Below, in pieces: positions 1-10,358 of a stretch of 64,000 nt of DNA (the stretch's first letter is position 1; every line of letters begins with the position of its first letter). A program made the position numbers and the translations under genes. The notes under the pieces were generated by a model. That model had not been told where the DNA came from and did no database searches. It saw only the letters and a program-made list of their open reading frames with translations. The stretch lies in assembly GCA_021443335.1 (NCBI GenBank), contig JABUUE010000001.1:31785-95784 (forward strand), in the 5' to 3' direction. This stretch comes from Bacteroidaceae bacterium. Its GTDB lineage: Bacteria > Bacteroidota > Bacteroidia > Bacteroidales > Bacteroidaceae.

Positions 1-869
1 CCGGCGATTATTTGTTCGCCGATATAATATAGCGATTCGAGAGTTCTAACAGATGTTGTGCCAACGGCTATTGCCTTACCTTCATGACGTAGAAGGCTTT
101 GTATTGTAGAAAGTTTCACGGCGAAATGCTCCGCGTGCATCTCGTGGTCTGCCACATCCTCAGTTTTTACCGGCTTGAATGTGCCTGCGCCGACATGGAG
201 TGTGACTTCCTCACGCATAATTCCTTTGTCGTCAATGCGTTTCAGGACTTCGGGCGTAAAATGAAGTCCCGCGGTTGGTGCTGCCACAGAGCCTTTTATC
301 TTGGAATAGACAGTCTGGTAGGTCTTGAGGTCGCTCTGCTCTGTTTGTCGGTTGAGGTAAGGCGGAATAGGCAACTCACCCGCCATGTCAACAATCTCAG
401 CAAAGGAAAGGTCTGAATTCCAAGAGAACTCTATGACGCTCGACGTGGTTTGAGCCTCATGATTTATTTGCGCCGTGAGAACGGTCTGCGTGCCATCTGT
501 ATTGGTAAGTGTCTGAGTAAGTGCGCCTTCCTTCCATTTCTTCTTGTTACCGATAAGGCAATGCCACTGACATTTGCCGCGCGTCTGGAACATCTGCTCA
601 TAGTCGGCAGGGGCATAAGGTTCTAAAAGGAAAATCTCAATAAGTGCGCCTGTCTCTTTGCGGAAATGCAAACGGGCACGGATGACACGAGTGTTGTTGA
701 ACACCATCAGCGCGCCTTCTGGAAGATAGTCTATGATATTGAAGAACTGGTCTTCGGAGATGTTGCCTTTGTTATAGACAAGAAGTTTGCTCTGGTCGCG
801 CTGGGCAACAGGAAACTTGGCAATCCTCTCGTCTGGCAGATTATAATTGAAATCTGAAATCTTCAGCAT
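1..869 (-). CDS. queA: S-adenosylmethionine:tRNA ribosyltransferase-isomerase (runs off the window edge)
   Basis: Manual minus-strand translation: MLKISDFNYNLPDERIAKFPVAQRDQSKLL...EVTLHVGAGTFKPV...HEMHAE...AVGTTSVRTLES. Not in the ORF track because it has no stop in the window. Confidence 0.93.
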   Translation of the reverse strand, partial: MLKISDFNYNLPDERIAKFPVAQRDQSKLLVYNKGNISEDQFFNIIDYLPEGALMVFNNTRVIRARLHFRKETGALIEIFLLEPYAPADYEQMFQTRGKCQWHCLIGNKKKWKEGALTQTLTNTDGTQTVLTAQINHEAQTTSSVIEFSWNSDLSFAEIVDMAGELPIPPYLNRQTEQSDLKTYQTVYSKIKGSVAAPTAGLHFTPEVLKRIDDKGIMREEVTLHVGAGTFKPVKTEDVADHEMHAEHFAVKLSTIQSLLRHEGKAIAVGTTSVRTLESLYYIGEQIIA

Positions 870-874
870 GATAG

Positions 875-3493
875 TTACTTTATTCTCACAAAACTTTCTG
901 CCTTTATCCATCCTGTCTGTCCGTTAGGCAGTTCCACCTCTTTCCACTCTGTCATGGCGTCGTCAATGACATCAATGTGCGTGCCTTCGTGAATTTCTAT
1001 GACTGACGGCGATGAATTTTCGGGAGCCTCTCTCAGCGTAACAACCTTTGCGGTGATAAGTCCGCTTGTATTATTGTTAATGATGTACGACTGATGCAGT
1101 GCGAAAACAACGCTCAACAGGAAAAAGAGGAACGAAATCAGTGTTAGCCAGAAGCCTGTCTTTCGGATTGTGGAATTATCGGCAAAGAGATAGCACAGCA
1201 GTGAGACAAGACTCAGGATAATCATACATATCGAGAATAATGCCCATCCGTAGATTGTCATGGAGTAAATAATTGACTTATACCAATGAACGAAGAACAC
1301 TTCAGACGATGGTATCTGCTTATCTACAGTCTTTGTGCGCACGAAATTGAGGTTGTGGCGAATGTCGTCGTCACAAGGGTTGAATATATAAGCCTTTTCA
1401 TAGTAGAACAAGGCTTTTGTTATCTGATTTGTGCGATAGCAAGCGTTGCCAAGGTTATAGTAGAGTTCAGGACTGTCTCCAGCCTTTATAGCTTGCTCAT
1501 AGAGCGTTATTGCCTGCTGGTAGTTGCCTGAGAGATAGGCCGCATTGGCTGTTTCGATGGTTGTAGCAGCACAGACCTTACTTGTCTGCGTGCCAAAGAG
1601 CATGAGGACAAAGAGCAAGGCTAAGGTTTTCACGGCGTTATCGATATTTGCCGCAGGCTTGTTGTGAGAAGAAAGTTTCAGCGATTCTTCAATTTCTGTG
1701 ATGGCAGTGACAGCCATTTCGTAAGTATTTCTCATACCAGACTTCTCATCTTGGGATGGCGCATATCTGACAAACTCACATTCGGCAATGGCATCAGTGA
1801 ACTTCTCAACAGAGTAAGTATTGCAGCCCTTGCTTGCAAGTTTCTCTTGGATATTGTCTTTAGAAAGATTTTCTACAGGGATGTTAATCTTATCGGCAGC
1901 ATAACCCCAAAGGGCGCGAAGTACCTCGTCGTAAAACTCGTCTTTCTTGTGCAGATGCATAAGAAGAGCAGCCTTTTTGAGTTTTCGTGTTGCAACTTTG
2001 TTGGCGCGGTTGGCCTTCATCCTTACAATGTCGGCACGCTCAATAGCACGTTTGCGGAAGACATAGAGCAGAACGAAGAAGACAGCGAGCAGGGTAATCA
2101 GGCAGATGACATAAACCGTAGAGAGGAAGAATCTATCTTTTGTGCGATAGTCTGTCTCCTTCAACTGCTTGATGGTGTGGATGTCAGAGTTTTTCAATTC
2201 CTCCTGATATGATTCTGCCGAAGAGTTGTGCTTGTCATTCTCCAAGACATTGAGTGCCATAGCCTGGCTCTTGATAGTCTTATAGCCGTTTTTGTTTGAA
2301 TCGTAATAGGTGAACTCTATTGGCGGAATTGTGTATTTTCCCTTGTTCTGCGGTACAGCAATATACTCATAGGTCATAGTACCTTCAATTCCGCTGTTGG
2401 TGTTCTGAGTGTGGTCGCTGACCTTTGGATCGTAAATCTCAAAATCGCTCGGGAACTTCACCGTCGGCTGCTTGATAAGTTTCATGTTGCCGACACCAGA
2501 AATCCTGACTTTCACAGAGATAGGCTCACCAGCCTTGATTTCATCTCTGGACAGAGTGGCAGACATGGAGAAGTTGCCGACACCTCCGGAGAAGTTTTTC
2601 GGGCGTTCAGGTAACGGAGTAACGTTGAGCGTAAGCGAAGGAACAGTAATCAGCATCTCCTCCTCATGGTAGGTAGAGCCTGGATTAAACATCTGCTCTA
2701 TCGGGTCGATATTGTGGTTGCGCACTACCCTATTAATCTGTACGCTGCTGCCAGGAACTGTTAGTTTTCCTGTGCCTTGCGGATAAACGATGTACTGCTT
2801 CCAAACAACACACTTGTACATCTTGCCTCCAATGTTTTCCGTTCCCCATTTTGCAGTTTGCGGTTGTGGTATCTCGTAGATGGTAAAGTCTTGAACATTA
2901 GGCATTTTGAGGTCAGAAGGCACAGTTATCTGTGTCGCAGTGTAGAGTTTGTATGTGATTTTTATTGGTTCTTGCTCTACAACAGTGTTTTTGTTTGCTG
3001 TAACCTTAATAAAGACACTTCTCGAGTCACTGCTTGATGATGACGCCGCTACGTTGTCTTCATCAGAAGGTTGCTGGTGCATGCGCGGCGCTGATTGCTG
3101 TGACTGATTGGCTGTGCCGGAAACTCTCACATGATGTGTGCGCGAAGTGATTGTCTTGTCGTTGACCCTGATAGTAACGGAAGGAATGGTGTAGTTGCCA
3201 GCCTTTGCCGCATAGAGCAGATAAGTGATGCGGGCACTGCTGTTGCTTGAAGTATGACCGTTAATTATCTGGTAACTGGACTGTGTTGACACATAAGGAC
3301 CTGCTATTTCCTCAAGACCTTCAGGCAATCTCCCCGAAAATCTTACGTCTGAAACATCGTCTGACGACACATGATATTCCACACGGAAATTCTCTCCTGC
3401 AGACACATTGGTCGGAGCGGAAATCTGCACACTCTGCGAAAACATGAGTGCAGAAAAAAGCAAGAATATATATATAGAAAGATATCTTTTCAT
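875..3493 (-). CDS. batD: BatD-BatE fusion (BatD repeats, TM, TPR, C-terminal SH3-like domain)
   Basis: Signal peptide, BatD motifs FSGGVGNF and DFEIYDPK, then a second signal-like segment and a BatE-type TPR (YYNLGNACYR) and SH3 (IHEGT...GWI). Last bat gene. Confidence 0.85.
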   Translation of the reverse strand: MKRYLSIYIFLLFSALMFSQSVQISAPTNVSAGENFRVEYHVSSDDVSDVRFSGRLPEGLEEIAGPYVSTQSSYQIINGHTSSNSSARITYLLYAAKAGNYTIPSVTIRVNDKTITSRTHHVRVSGTANQSQQSAPRMHQQPSDEDNVAASSSSSDSRSVFIKVTANKNTVVEQEPIKITYKLYTATQITVPSDLKMPNVQDFTIYEIPQPQTAKWGTENIGGKMYKCVVWKQYIVYPQGTGKLTVPGSSVQINRVVRNHNIDPIEQMFNPGSTYHEEEMLITVPSLTLNVTPLPERPKNFSGGVGNFSMSATLSRDEIKAGEPISVKVRISGVGNMKLIKQPTVKFPSDFEIYDPKVSDHTQNTNSGIEGTMTYEYIAVPQNKGKYTIPPIEFTYYDSNKNGYKTIKSQAMALNVLENDKHNSSAESYQEELKNSDIHTIKQLKETDYRTKDRFFLSTVYVICLITLLAVFFVLLYVFRKRAIERADIVRMKANRANKVATRKLKKAALLMHLHKKDEFYDEVLRALWGYAADKINIPVENLSKDNIQEKLASKGCNTYSVEKFTDAIAECEFVRYAPSQDEKSGMRNTYEMAVTAITEIEESLKLSSHNKPAANIDNAVKTLALLFVLMLFGTQTSKVCAATTIETANAAYLSGNYQQAITLYEQAIKAGDSPELYYNLGNACYRTNQITKALFYYEKAYIFNPCDDDIRHNLNFVRTKTVDKQIPSSEVFFVHWYKSIIYSMTIYGWALFSICMIILSLVSLLCYLFADNSTIRKTGFWLTLISFLFFLLSVVFALHQSYIINNNTSGLITAKVVTLREAPENSSPSVIEIHEGTHIDVIDDAMTEWKEVELPNGQTGWIKAESFVRIK

Positions 3494-3496
3494 GTA

Positions 3497-5278
3497 TTAC
3501 CAATTCTTTTGACGACTGCTGTTGTTTCTACGCTGTTGGGCGCGCTTAACCTTTTCCTGTACCTCGCGCTCCTGATTCTTAGCAGCATTAAGCAATTGCT
3601 CTGCATTTTCCTTGTTTATCTGCTCCTGCTTGTCTTGTTGCTGCTTCTGCTGGTCTTGTTTGTCCTGATTGTTGTCTTTGTTCTTATCTTGGTTTTGCTT
3701 TTTATCTTGGTTTTTATCCTTATTTTTGTCTTTATTCTTATCTTTGTTCTTGTCTTTATTGTCATCCTTGTTCTTGTCGTTGTTCTTTTGGTTCTGCTGC
3801 TGTTTTTTCAGCAGTTTTTGACAGAGAGCAAGGTTGTAGCGTGTTTCATCGCTTTTAGGATTGCTACGCAGACTTTCCTTGTATGCTTCAATGGCTTTAG
3901 CGTAGTCTTGATGGTTCTGCAGCACAACGCCGGCATTATGCATAACCTGCGCACGGCGGTCCTTGTCTTTCTGAACTTCTGCCGCCTTATTGAAATATTC
4001 GAGCGCGAGGGTGTCATTCTCTTGCATCATCTTTGCACAACCCATATTGAAGAGCGCTTCGGCATTTGAAGGGTTTCTCTCCAATGCCTTGCGGTACTCA
4101 ATGTCTGCCTTGTCGAACTTCTGCGAGCGATAAAGTTTGTTACCGCTTCTTATATACTGTCTGTCGTTTTGCGCATTTGCATTTCCCGCAAAGAAACTGC
4201 CCGGAACGAGGAGGATTAAGAGTAAAAGCAGTTTAGTGGTGGTTTTAGGTGCCAACGCCTTGCGTGAAGCCATCTTTGACAGTTTGTTGAACAATCCGTT
4301 TGACGATTCAGAGATGAAAAGTTCGATGATGATAAGGAAAAGTATAATCATCACGATTGGTTGGAACTGTTCCTCATACTCGCTGTAAACCACGGAATCC
4401 ATCTGACCTTTCTGTAACATCGCAAGTTTGTCGTTGAGTATTTCCTGCGCCTTGTTGTTGTTTTCTACATGTATGAAAGCTCCATGACCTGCTTCGGCTA
4501 TCGACTTGCACATTTGTATGTTTAGCGAGGACATTACCTCGTTTCCTGTGTTATCGTGCATGTAACCGCCCTCGGTATCAGGTACCGGTGCTCCTTTTTC
4601 TGTTCCAATGCCTAAAACAAAGACATTAAATCCTTTCTTGAAAGCCGCAGTTGCCATTTCTTCTGCTCCTCCCTCATGGTCCTCGCCATCAGTAATGAGG
4701 ATTATGGCTTTTCCCACACCCTCCTGATTGGTGAAACTCTTCATGGAAAGGTCAAGGGCGTCGGCGATGTTTGTGCCTTGCGACGGGATGAGACTTGGCG
4801 TGATGCTTCGCATGAACATTTTGGCAGAGACATAGTCGTTGGTTATCGGCAACTGCACAAAGGCGTCGCCCGCAAAAACTACAAGTCCCACCCTATCCTT
4901 TGTGAAATGGTCAACAAGGTTTTCAATGAGCAGCTTTGTCTTCTCTAATCGTGACGGTGCAACATCTTCCGCACGCATGGAGTTGCTTATGTCCATTGCT
5001 ATCATCACTTCTATTCCGTTTCTTTCCTCCTTGCTGACTTTTGTTCCCATCTGCGGACGAGCAAGAAGTACCACAAGAAGTGAGAATATGAGTAGTATGA
5101 TTGTGTACTTGATGTTTTCCCTCAGAAGTGAGAGCTTTGGCATCATCTTATATACAAGTGTCTTGTCTCCTAATTTATGCAGCGCCTGTCTGCGTTTATA
5201 GAAAGTGTAGAAACGCAGAAAAACGAACACAGGGATTAGCAGTAACAGATAGAAATATTCAGGAGATGCAAATTTCAT
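3497..5278 (-). CDS. batB: BatB-BatC fusion (vWA domain + TPR protein)
   Basis: MIDAS DISNSM and ITDGEDHE, followed by a BatC-like TPR and a K/D/N/Q low-complexity tail. Start placed at MKFASP (TAATG overlap with batA). Confidence 0.85.
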   Translation of the reverse strand: MKFASPEYFYLLLLIPVFVFLRFYTFYKRRQALHKLGDKTLVYKMMPKLSLLRENIKYTIILLIFSLLVVLLARPQMGTKVSKEERNGIEVMIAMDISNSMRAEDVAPSRLEKTKLLIENLVDHFTKDRVGLVVFAGDAFVQLPITNDYVSAKMFMRSITPSLIPSQGTNIADALDLSMKSFTNQEGVGKAIILITDGEDHEGGAEEMATAAFKKGFNVFVLGIGTEKGAPVPDTEGGYMHDNTGNEVMSSLNIQMCKSIAEAGHGAFIHVENNNKAQEILNDKLAMLQKGQMDSVVYSEYEEQFQPIVMIILFLIIIELFISESSNGLFNKLSKMASRKALAPKTTTKLLLLLILLVPGSFFAGNANAQNDRQYIRSGNKLYRSQKFDKADIEYRKALERNPSNAEALFNMGCAKMMQENDTLALEYFNKAAEVQKDKDRRAQVMHNAGVVLQNHQDYAKAIEAYKESLRSNPKSDETRYNLALCQKLLKKQQQNQKNNDKNKDDNKDKNKDKNKDKNKDKNQDKKQNQDKNKDNNQDKQDQQKQQQDKQEQINKENAEQLLNAAKNQEREVQEKVKRAQQRRNNSSRQKNW

Positions 5279-6273
5279 TATGGTAGTCTTCTTAACCAAG
5301 TCTGACGCAGAACGATTTCGGCAATGAGTAGAAGTATGGCTATGATGGCAAATATCTGATAAGCCTCGTTCTTGCGCGAAAAATTCTTAACATCTACTTT
5401 GGATTTTTCAAGAGAATCAATCTCTTTGTATATTGAACGCAGTTGTTGTGAATTTGTCGCACGATAAAATTTTCCATCTGTCATGGAAGCAATTTGCGCG
5501 AGCGACTTTTCATCCACCTGATCTTTTGTGTGAATATATTGTATTGTTCCTCCCACTTGCATTGGTACGGAAAGAAGTTCTCCACTGTATGCTGCAATAG
5601 TGTAAACCCTTATACCATAAGTTTTTGCAATTTTGGCAGCTTGTAGAGGTGTGATGTCTCCGCAATTGTTGCTTCCGTCGGTAAGCAGAATGACAACCCT
5701 GCTCTTGGCCTTGGAATCCTTCAGTCGGGAAAGGGAGTTGGCAAGTCCTAACCCTACGGCAGTACCATCCTCAAGAATTCCTTCTTCTGCCATTGATGTG
5801 CTGACACCGCGAAGCATATTCAGCAATGAGGCGTGGTCGGTAGTCATCGGACATTGGGTAAATGCTTCTGCAGCGAAGACCGTAAGTCCGATATTATCGT
5901 CAGGACGATTGTTGATAAATTCAGCAGCCACATCCTTGGCAGCATCTATTCGTGATGGCACAAGGTCGGTAAGCGTCATACTTGTGGAAACATCCATTGC
6001 AAGCATGATATCAATGCCTTCTGTTATGCGAGTTCCCCATGATGAGCTTGTCTGCGGACGAGCAAGGATGATAATAAGTGTGGATATGAGCGCTACTCTC
6101 AATGCGTTTGGAAGCCACATGAGTCGCTGACGCAATGATTTTGGCAATTTTGAATAGCCTGATGTGTCGGCAACAAGCATTGTCGCCGATCGCTTTGATA
6201 AGCGCCACAGATACCAAATATAAGGTATGAGTAGCAAGAAAAGCAGGAAATATTCTTTATTTGCGAATATCAT
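5278..6273 (-). CDS. batA: BatA vWA-domain membrane protein
   Basis: LARPQ, DVSTSM MIDAS, GTAVGLGL, LLTDGSNN; bat operon position. Confidence 0.92.
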   Translation of the reverse strand: MIFANKEYFLLFLLLIPYIWYLWRLSKRSATMLVADTSGYSKLPKSLRQRLMWLPNALRVALISTLIIILARPQTSSSWGTRITEGIDIMLAMDVSTSMTLTDLVPSRIDAAKDVAAEFINNRPDDNIGLTVFAAEAFTQCPMTTDHASLLNMLRGVSTSMAEEGILEDGTAVGLGLANSLSRLKDSKAKSRVVILLTDGSNNCGDITPLQAAKIAKTYGIRVYTIAAYSGELLSVPMQVGGTIQYIHTKDQVDEKSLAQIASMTDGKFYRATNSQQLRSIYKEIDSLEKSKVDVKNFSRKNEAYQIFAIIAILLLIAEIVLRQTWLRRLP

Positions 6274-7337
6274 TATAGCAAGTTAAGTATTTGCCAGCCG
6301 ACAAAGATTGTTAATGCAGTGCCGCCAAGTACAAGTATCGTAATCAGGACTTTGTAAATTCTGCGCCAAAGAGTCATCTGCTTTTCGGCTTCCGTCTTTT
6401 TCGGTTTCTTGTCGTCTTCCTTCTTCTCTTCAGGTTTCGTCTTATTGACAAACTCCAAAGCGTTGACAAGGTTCATGTCGTTCTCATTCAGAGGTACGGT
6501 GAACTTTGCAAACTTCACAAGGTCGGCTGTTTCAAAGAGTTGCTTCATCTCAGCAATCATAGTGGCTTTGTCCTGTTTGTTTAGAGCCTCTATGATTTCG
6601 GTTGTTATCATCTCTTTGGCATTGAATCCGAAGCGTGACGCAAGGTAATTTCTCAAAGTGTCTGTAAGTGCAGAGTAATAATCCTTTTGGTTTTCAGAAT
6701 GGACTTTTCCGCTCGCCTTAAGCGTATTTATGTCTTTTACAGCCTGCTCATAAGGAGTGAGTTTCTTCTTGAAAGAGAACTTTATGTTGAGAGGCTTGTT
6801 GGCTTTCAGGCGTGTGTAGAAATAAGTCGCCAAAAGGAACAAGAGCAAAGCTACCATAGACAGAATGATTAGCGTTGTCCATTCTGTCAGGTCAAAAGGA
6901 GGATTCTGAACATCATAAGGTGGAAAGAAGTTCTCTGGGTGAACGGTGTCAACCTCACATGTCAACACCTTCAACGCCAAACTCTTGCCTTCGTAAATCT
7001 TGCCCGCCACTTTCACCTTCACTGGAGGGATATAATACAAGGTATCGTCGAAAGAGGTGAGTGTATATTCGCGTGAAATTTCAACATAATCGTTATCCTT
7101 TTCCACTGACGACTCTGTTCCATTGTCGAGAACCTCAACTCCAGGAGTGATATATTCATTCTGCTTGAACACAGGCATCTCAACTTTCTGTCCTTTCTTG
7201 GCTTGGACAGAAACCTTCAGATGAGCCTGACCACCAATGAAAATTTCAATGGAGTCAATCTCTTGTGTCACACTTTGTGCGAAAGAGACGACAGTAATTA
7301 AGGATAATATTATTGATGTAAGAACTAATCTTTTCAT
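6273..7337 (-). CDS. Conserved bat-operon membrane protein
   Basis: Signal peptide, central TM, ADLVKFAK motif, C-terminal TM; typical gene between DUF58 and batA. Confidence 0.75.
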   Translation of the reverse strand: MKRLVLTSIILSLITVVSFAQSVTQEIDSIEIFIGGQAHLKVSVQAKKGQKVEMPVFKQNEYITPGVEVLDNGTESSVEKDNDYVEISREYTLTSFDDTLYYIPPVKVKVAGKIYEGKSLALKVLTCEVDTVHPENFFPPYDVQNPPFDLTEWTTLIILSMVALLLFLLATYFYTRLKANKPLNIKFSFKKKLTPYEQAVKDINTLKASGKVHSENQKDYYSALTDTLRNYLASRFGFNAKEMITTEIIEALNKQDKATMIAEMKQLFETADLVKFAKFTVPLNENDMNLVNALEFVNKTKPEEKKEDDKKPKKTEAEKQMTLWRRIYKVLITILVLGGTALTIFVGWQILNLL

Positions 7338-8206
7338 TTCGCTCTTTGCTTAAAGAGTTTTGTCAAAGCAGTGACATAGTCGTCAGTGGTGGAAACTGAC
7401 ACATTGTCTATCTTTGCCTTGTTGAAGATTGAATTTAGTTGCTCCTGCTTGTGCTTCCATGCCGTAGCATGAGCCGCACGCACATCACGATTGGCAGTGT
7501 CAAGATAGGATTCTTGGCCAGACTCAGCGTCAACAACCTTTATCAAGCCAACATTAGGTAATTGTTCCTGAAACTTGTCGTAAACCTGAATGGCAATTAG
7601 GTCGTGCCTCTTGCTACTGATACTCAAAGCCTTCTCGAAGTTATTGTGTGTGTAGAAATCGCTTAGCACAAATGTTGTTGAGCGACCTTTCACAAGACGG
7701 CTCAATGACTCCAAGGCCACAGAGACATCTGTCTTGCTGCTTGAAGGCTGAAAATCAAGCATGTCGCGAATAATGTGCAAAATATGCTTGCGACCTTTCT
7801 TTGGCGGTATAACCTTTTCTATCTTGTCGGAAAAGAAAATCACGCCTATCTTATCGTTGTTCTCGATTGCTGAAAAAGCTATCGTGGCAGCAATCTCAGT
7901 CGTTATGTCTTTCTGCAATTGACCGTGAAGTCCAAAGTTCTGGCTTCCACTGACATCAACAAGAAGAATTACGGTGAGTTCACGCTCCTCTTCAAAAACT
8001 TTCACAAATGGATGGTGAAAACGCGCTGTGACATTCCAGTCAATATCGCGAACATCATCGCCATACTGGTATTCACGAACTTCGCTAAACACCATTCCCC
8101 TACCCTTAAAGGCAGAATGATATTGGCCTGCGAACACATTTTTAGACAATCCGCGGGCCTTTATATCCAGTTTTCTTACTTTTGAAAGGAGTTCTTGCGT
8201 TTCCAT
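7334..8206 (-). CDS. DUF58 domain protein
   Basis: FSEVREYQYGDDVRDIDWNVTAR and DVSGS; follows moxR. Confidence 0.92.
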   Translation of the reverse strand: METQELLSKVRKLDIKARGLSKNVFAGQYHSAFKGRGMVFSEVREYQYGDDVRDIDWNVTARFHHPFVKVFEEERELTVILLVDVSGSQNFGLHGQLQKDITTEIAATIAFSAIENNDKIGVIFFSDKIEKVIPPKKGRKHILHIIRDMLDFQPSSSKTDVSVALESLSRLVKGRSTTFVLSDFYTHNNFEKALSISSKRHDLIAIQVYDKFQEQLPNVGLIKVVDAESGQESYLDTANRDVRAAHATAWKHKQEQLNSIFNKAKIDNVSVSTTDDYVTALTKLFKQRAK

Positions 8207-9201
8207 TACGGAACTTGTACTTTGTTGAGAATCTCTGAAATAATGTCTTCTGTGCTAACATTTGTTGCCTCTGCCTCGTATGACAAGCCGATACGATGAC
8301 GAAGAACATCATGAGCCACAGCGCGCACATCTTCTGGGACGACATATCCTCTACGTTTCATGAAGGCATAAGTGCGGGCAGCCTTGGCGAGATTGATGCT
8401 GGCACGAGGACTACCGCCGAATGTAATCATCTGCTTCAAGTTGGCAAGCATATATCTCTCAGGATAACGAGTGGCGAAAACAATGTCTGCAATATACTGC
8501 TCTATCTTTTCGTCGATGTAAACTTGTGCTACCACGGCGCGAGCGTCCATTATTTCTTTTGCCGTAGTTACAGGCACAACCTTTGCCTTTTCGCCTGCAA
8601 GGTTCTGACGTATAATGAGTTTCTCTTCCTCCAACGACGGATAATCGACTACAACCTTGAGCATAAAACGGTCAACTTGTGCTTCCGGCAACTGGTATGT
8701 TCCCTCTTGTTCAATAGGGTTTTGGGTAGCCATTACAAGGAAAGGTTTTGGAAGAGCGAAAGTCTCGCTGCCGATAGTAACCTGTCCTTCCTGCATGGCT
8801 TCAAGCAAAGCACTCTGAACCTTGGCTGGAGCGCGGTTTATTTCATCTGCAAGAACAAAGTTAGCGAAAACAGGACCTTTCTTTACATGGAAATTCTCAT
8901 CCTTTTGGGAATAAACCATAGTACCTATAACATCGGCTGGAAGCAAATCTGGAGTGAACTGGATTCGGGAAAAATCGGCATCTATAAGTTCTGAAAGGGT
9001 TTTGATTGCCAATGTCTTTGCCAAGCCAGGAAGACCTTCAAGCAAAATGTGACCGTTTGAAAGTAGTCCGAGGACGAGGCTTTCTACAAGATGTTTCTGA
9101 CCTACGATGGTCTGGTTTAGTCCCATCATAAGATTCTGAACAAAGGCACTATGTTGCTCAATATGAGCATTCAAAGCGCGGATATCCAATGTTTCTGCCA
9201 T
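8206..9201 (-). CDS. moxR: MoxR family AAA+ ATPase
   Basis: GLPGLAKT Walker A, RIQFTPDLLP, DEINRA, ATQNPIEQEGTY. Confidence 0.95.
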   Translation of the reverse strand: MAETLDIRALNAHIEQHSAFVQNLMMGLNQTIVGQKHLVESLVLGLLSNGHILLEGLPGLAKTLAIKTLSELIDADFSRIQFTPDLLPADVIGTMVYSQKDENFHVKKGPVFANFVLADEINRAPAKVQSALLEAMQEGQVTIGSETFALPKPFLVMATQNPIEQEGTYQLPEAQVDRFMLKVVVDYPSLEEEKLIIRQNLAGEKAKVVPVTTAKEIMDARAVVAQVYIDEKIEQYIADIVFATRYPERYMLANLKQMITFGGSPRASINLAKAARTYAFMKRRGYVVPEDVRAVAHDVLRHRIGLSYEAEATNVSTEDIISEILNKVQVP

Positions 9202-9298
9202 TATTTTAATGTAAGTAAGTGAACAAATTATATAGCAAGTAAGTGGATTTTATATAAAACTAACTTTGTCCACTTAAATAGCTTTCTATAAATCGATG

Positions 9299-9306
9299 CA
9301 AAGTTA
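9299..9306 (-). promoter_or_regulatory. Bacteroidetes -7 promoter box for the moxR-bat operon
   Basis: TAACTTTG on the minus strand matches TAnnTTTG, about 100 bp upstream of moxR. Confidence 0.6.
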
Positions 9307-9312
9307 CTATAT

Positions 9313-10356
9313 TTATTTCAATTCTACCAAAGGAATCCTTATCTTTTGACCTTCTTTAACACTTTCAACAGCATTATAAACTTGTATTAAGAATTCTCCT
9401 TGCTGCAATCCATATTCATCGGCAACATCCTGCAAAGTCTGTTCCTTGCCAATTTCAACCACTTTGCGCGTTCCGACAATCTTATAGCCAGCCATAGGAA
9501 CCAACGCCTTGGCGTTTTGCAACGACATGGCACAGGGATACTCGGGAACGCCGTTCTTGCCCTTGCCGACAATTTCAAGCTTCTGCTCGTCAGTAAGGTC
9601 AAGGCTTGCAATGTTCTTTTTTATGTTGTTTATGGAGTCTTGCTTGTGCTTGATTTCTTGTAGACGAATCTCCTCCAGACGCGCTTTTTCCTGCTGTGCA
9701 AGGCGCTCCTGTTCCTTCTGTTGTTCTGAAAGGTAAATACTGACACCTACCACTGCCACTACAACAATCACAAACAATGCCACAACATATTTGTAGATTC
9801 TCTTGCGAATCATTGCTTTTCTCTCCAAGTTCTCGGTCAAAGCATCAACCTTTTCTGCCAAAGCGTCAACCTTGTCTTCAACAGCAATGTCTTGGCTTGG
9901 TTTCTGCTCCTCTATTTGTTCAAATGCGGTTTCTGTTTGCTCAGATGTGGGTTCTGTTTGCTCAGATGTGGGTTCTGTTTGCTCAGATGTGGGTTCTGTA
10001 TCATCAAATTTTTCCGGTTCTGACTGCTCATTCTCCACCGCGTCTTTTGCAGAATCCACAATTAATTCGCCCTCCTCATCAACATCAACAGTAATCTCCA
10101 CAGTTTTGAAATTGGCAAAAGGCGCGTTGAGTTCATCAGCAAGATCTTCATCTGGACTCAGAGTAATGATTTCCTTGTCCTGTGTTTTTGACTGTTTGAA
10201 TGTTCCAAGTCCATCAATGATAACGAGTTTGTTGGCTTTCAACTCATCAGAAATAGCGCTAAACATTTCTGTTACGAAACGCTCAGCATCACCTATAGAC
10301 ATACGCTGTGACTGTGCTAATTGTCGTGATATTTCTCTTATCTGTAGTCTTTCCAT
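9313..10356 (-). CDS. HU-like DNA-binding domain + acidic linker + TM + LysM-like C-terminus
   Basis: N-terminal IDGLGTFK HU fold, EPTSEQT repeats, hydrophobic TM, C-terminal TLQDVADEYG...VKEGQKIRIP. Confidence 0.7.
   Translation of the reverse strand: MERLQIREISRQLAQSQRMSIGDAERFVTEMFSAISDELKANKLVIIDGLGTFKQSKTQDKEIITLSPDEDLADELNAPFANFKTVEITVDVDEEGELIVDSAKDAVENEQSEPEKFDDTEPTSEQTEPTSEQTEPTSEQTETAFEQIEEQKPSQDIAVEDKVDALAEKVDALTENLERKAMIRKRIYKYVVALFVIVVVAVVGVSIYLSEQQKEQERLAQQEKARLEEIRLQEIKHKQDSINNIKKNIASLDLTDEQKLEIVGKGKNGVPEYPCAMSLQNAKALVPMAGYKIVGTRKVVEIGKEQTLQDVADEYGLQQGEFLIQVYNAVESVKEGQKIRIPLVELK
9931..9998. repeat. In-frame 21-bp tandem repeat x3
   Basis: ttctgtttgctcagatgtggg x3, encoding EPTSEQT on the minus strand. 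Confidence 0.9.
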
Positions 10357-10358
10357 TA

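Noticed and set aside
3371-4069. 232-aa very hydrophobic + strand ORF
   Set aside because: Antisense shadow of the K/D/N/Q low-complexity tail of the BatB-C gene.
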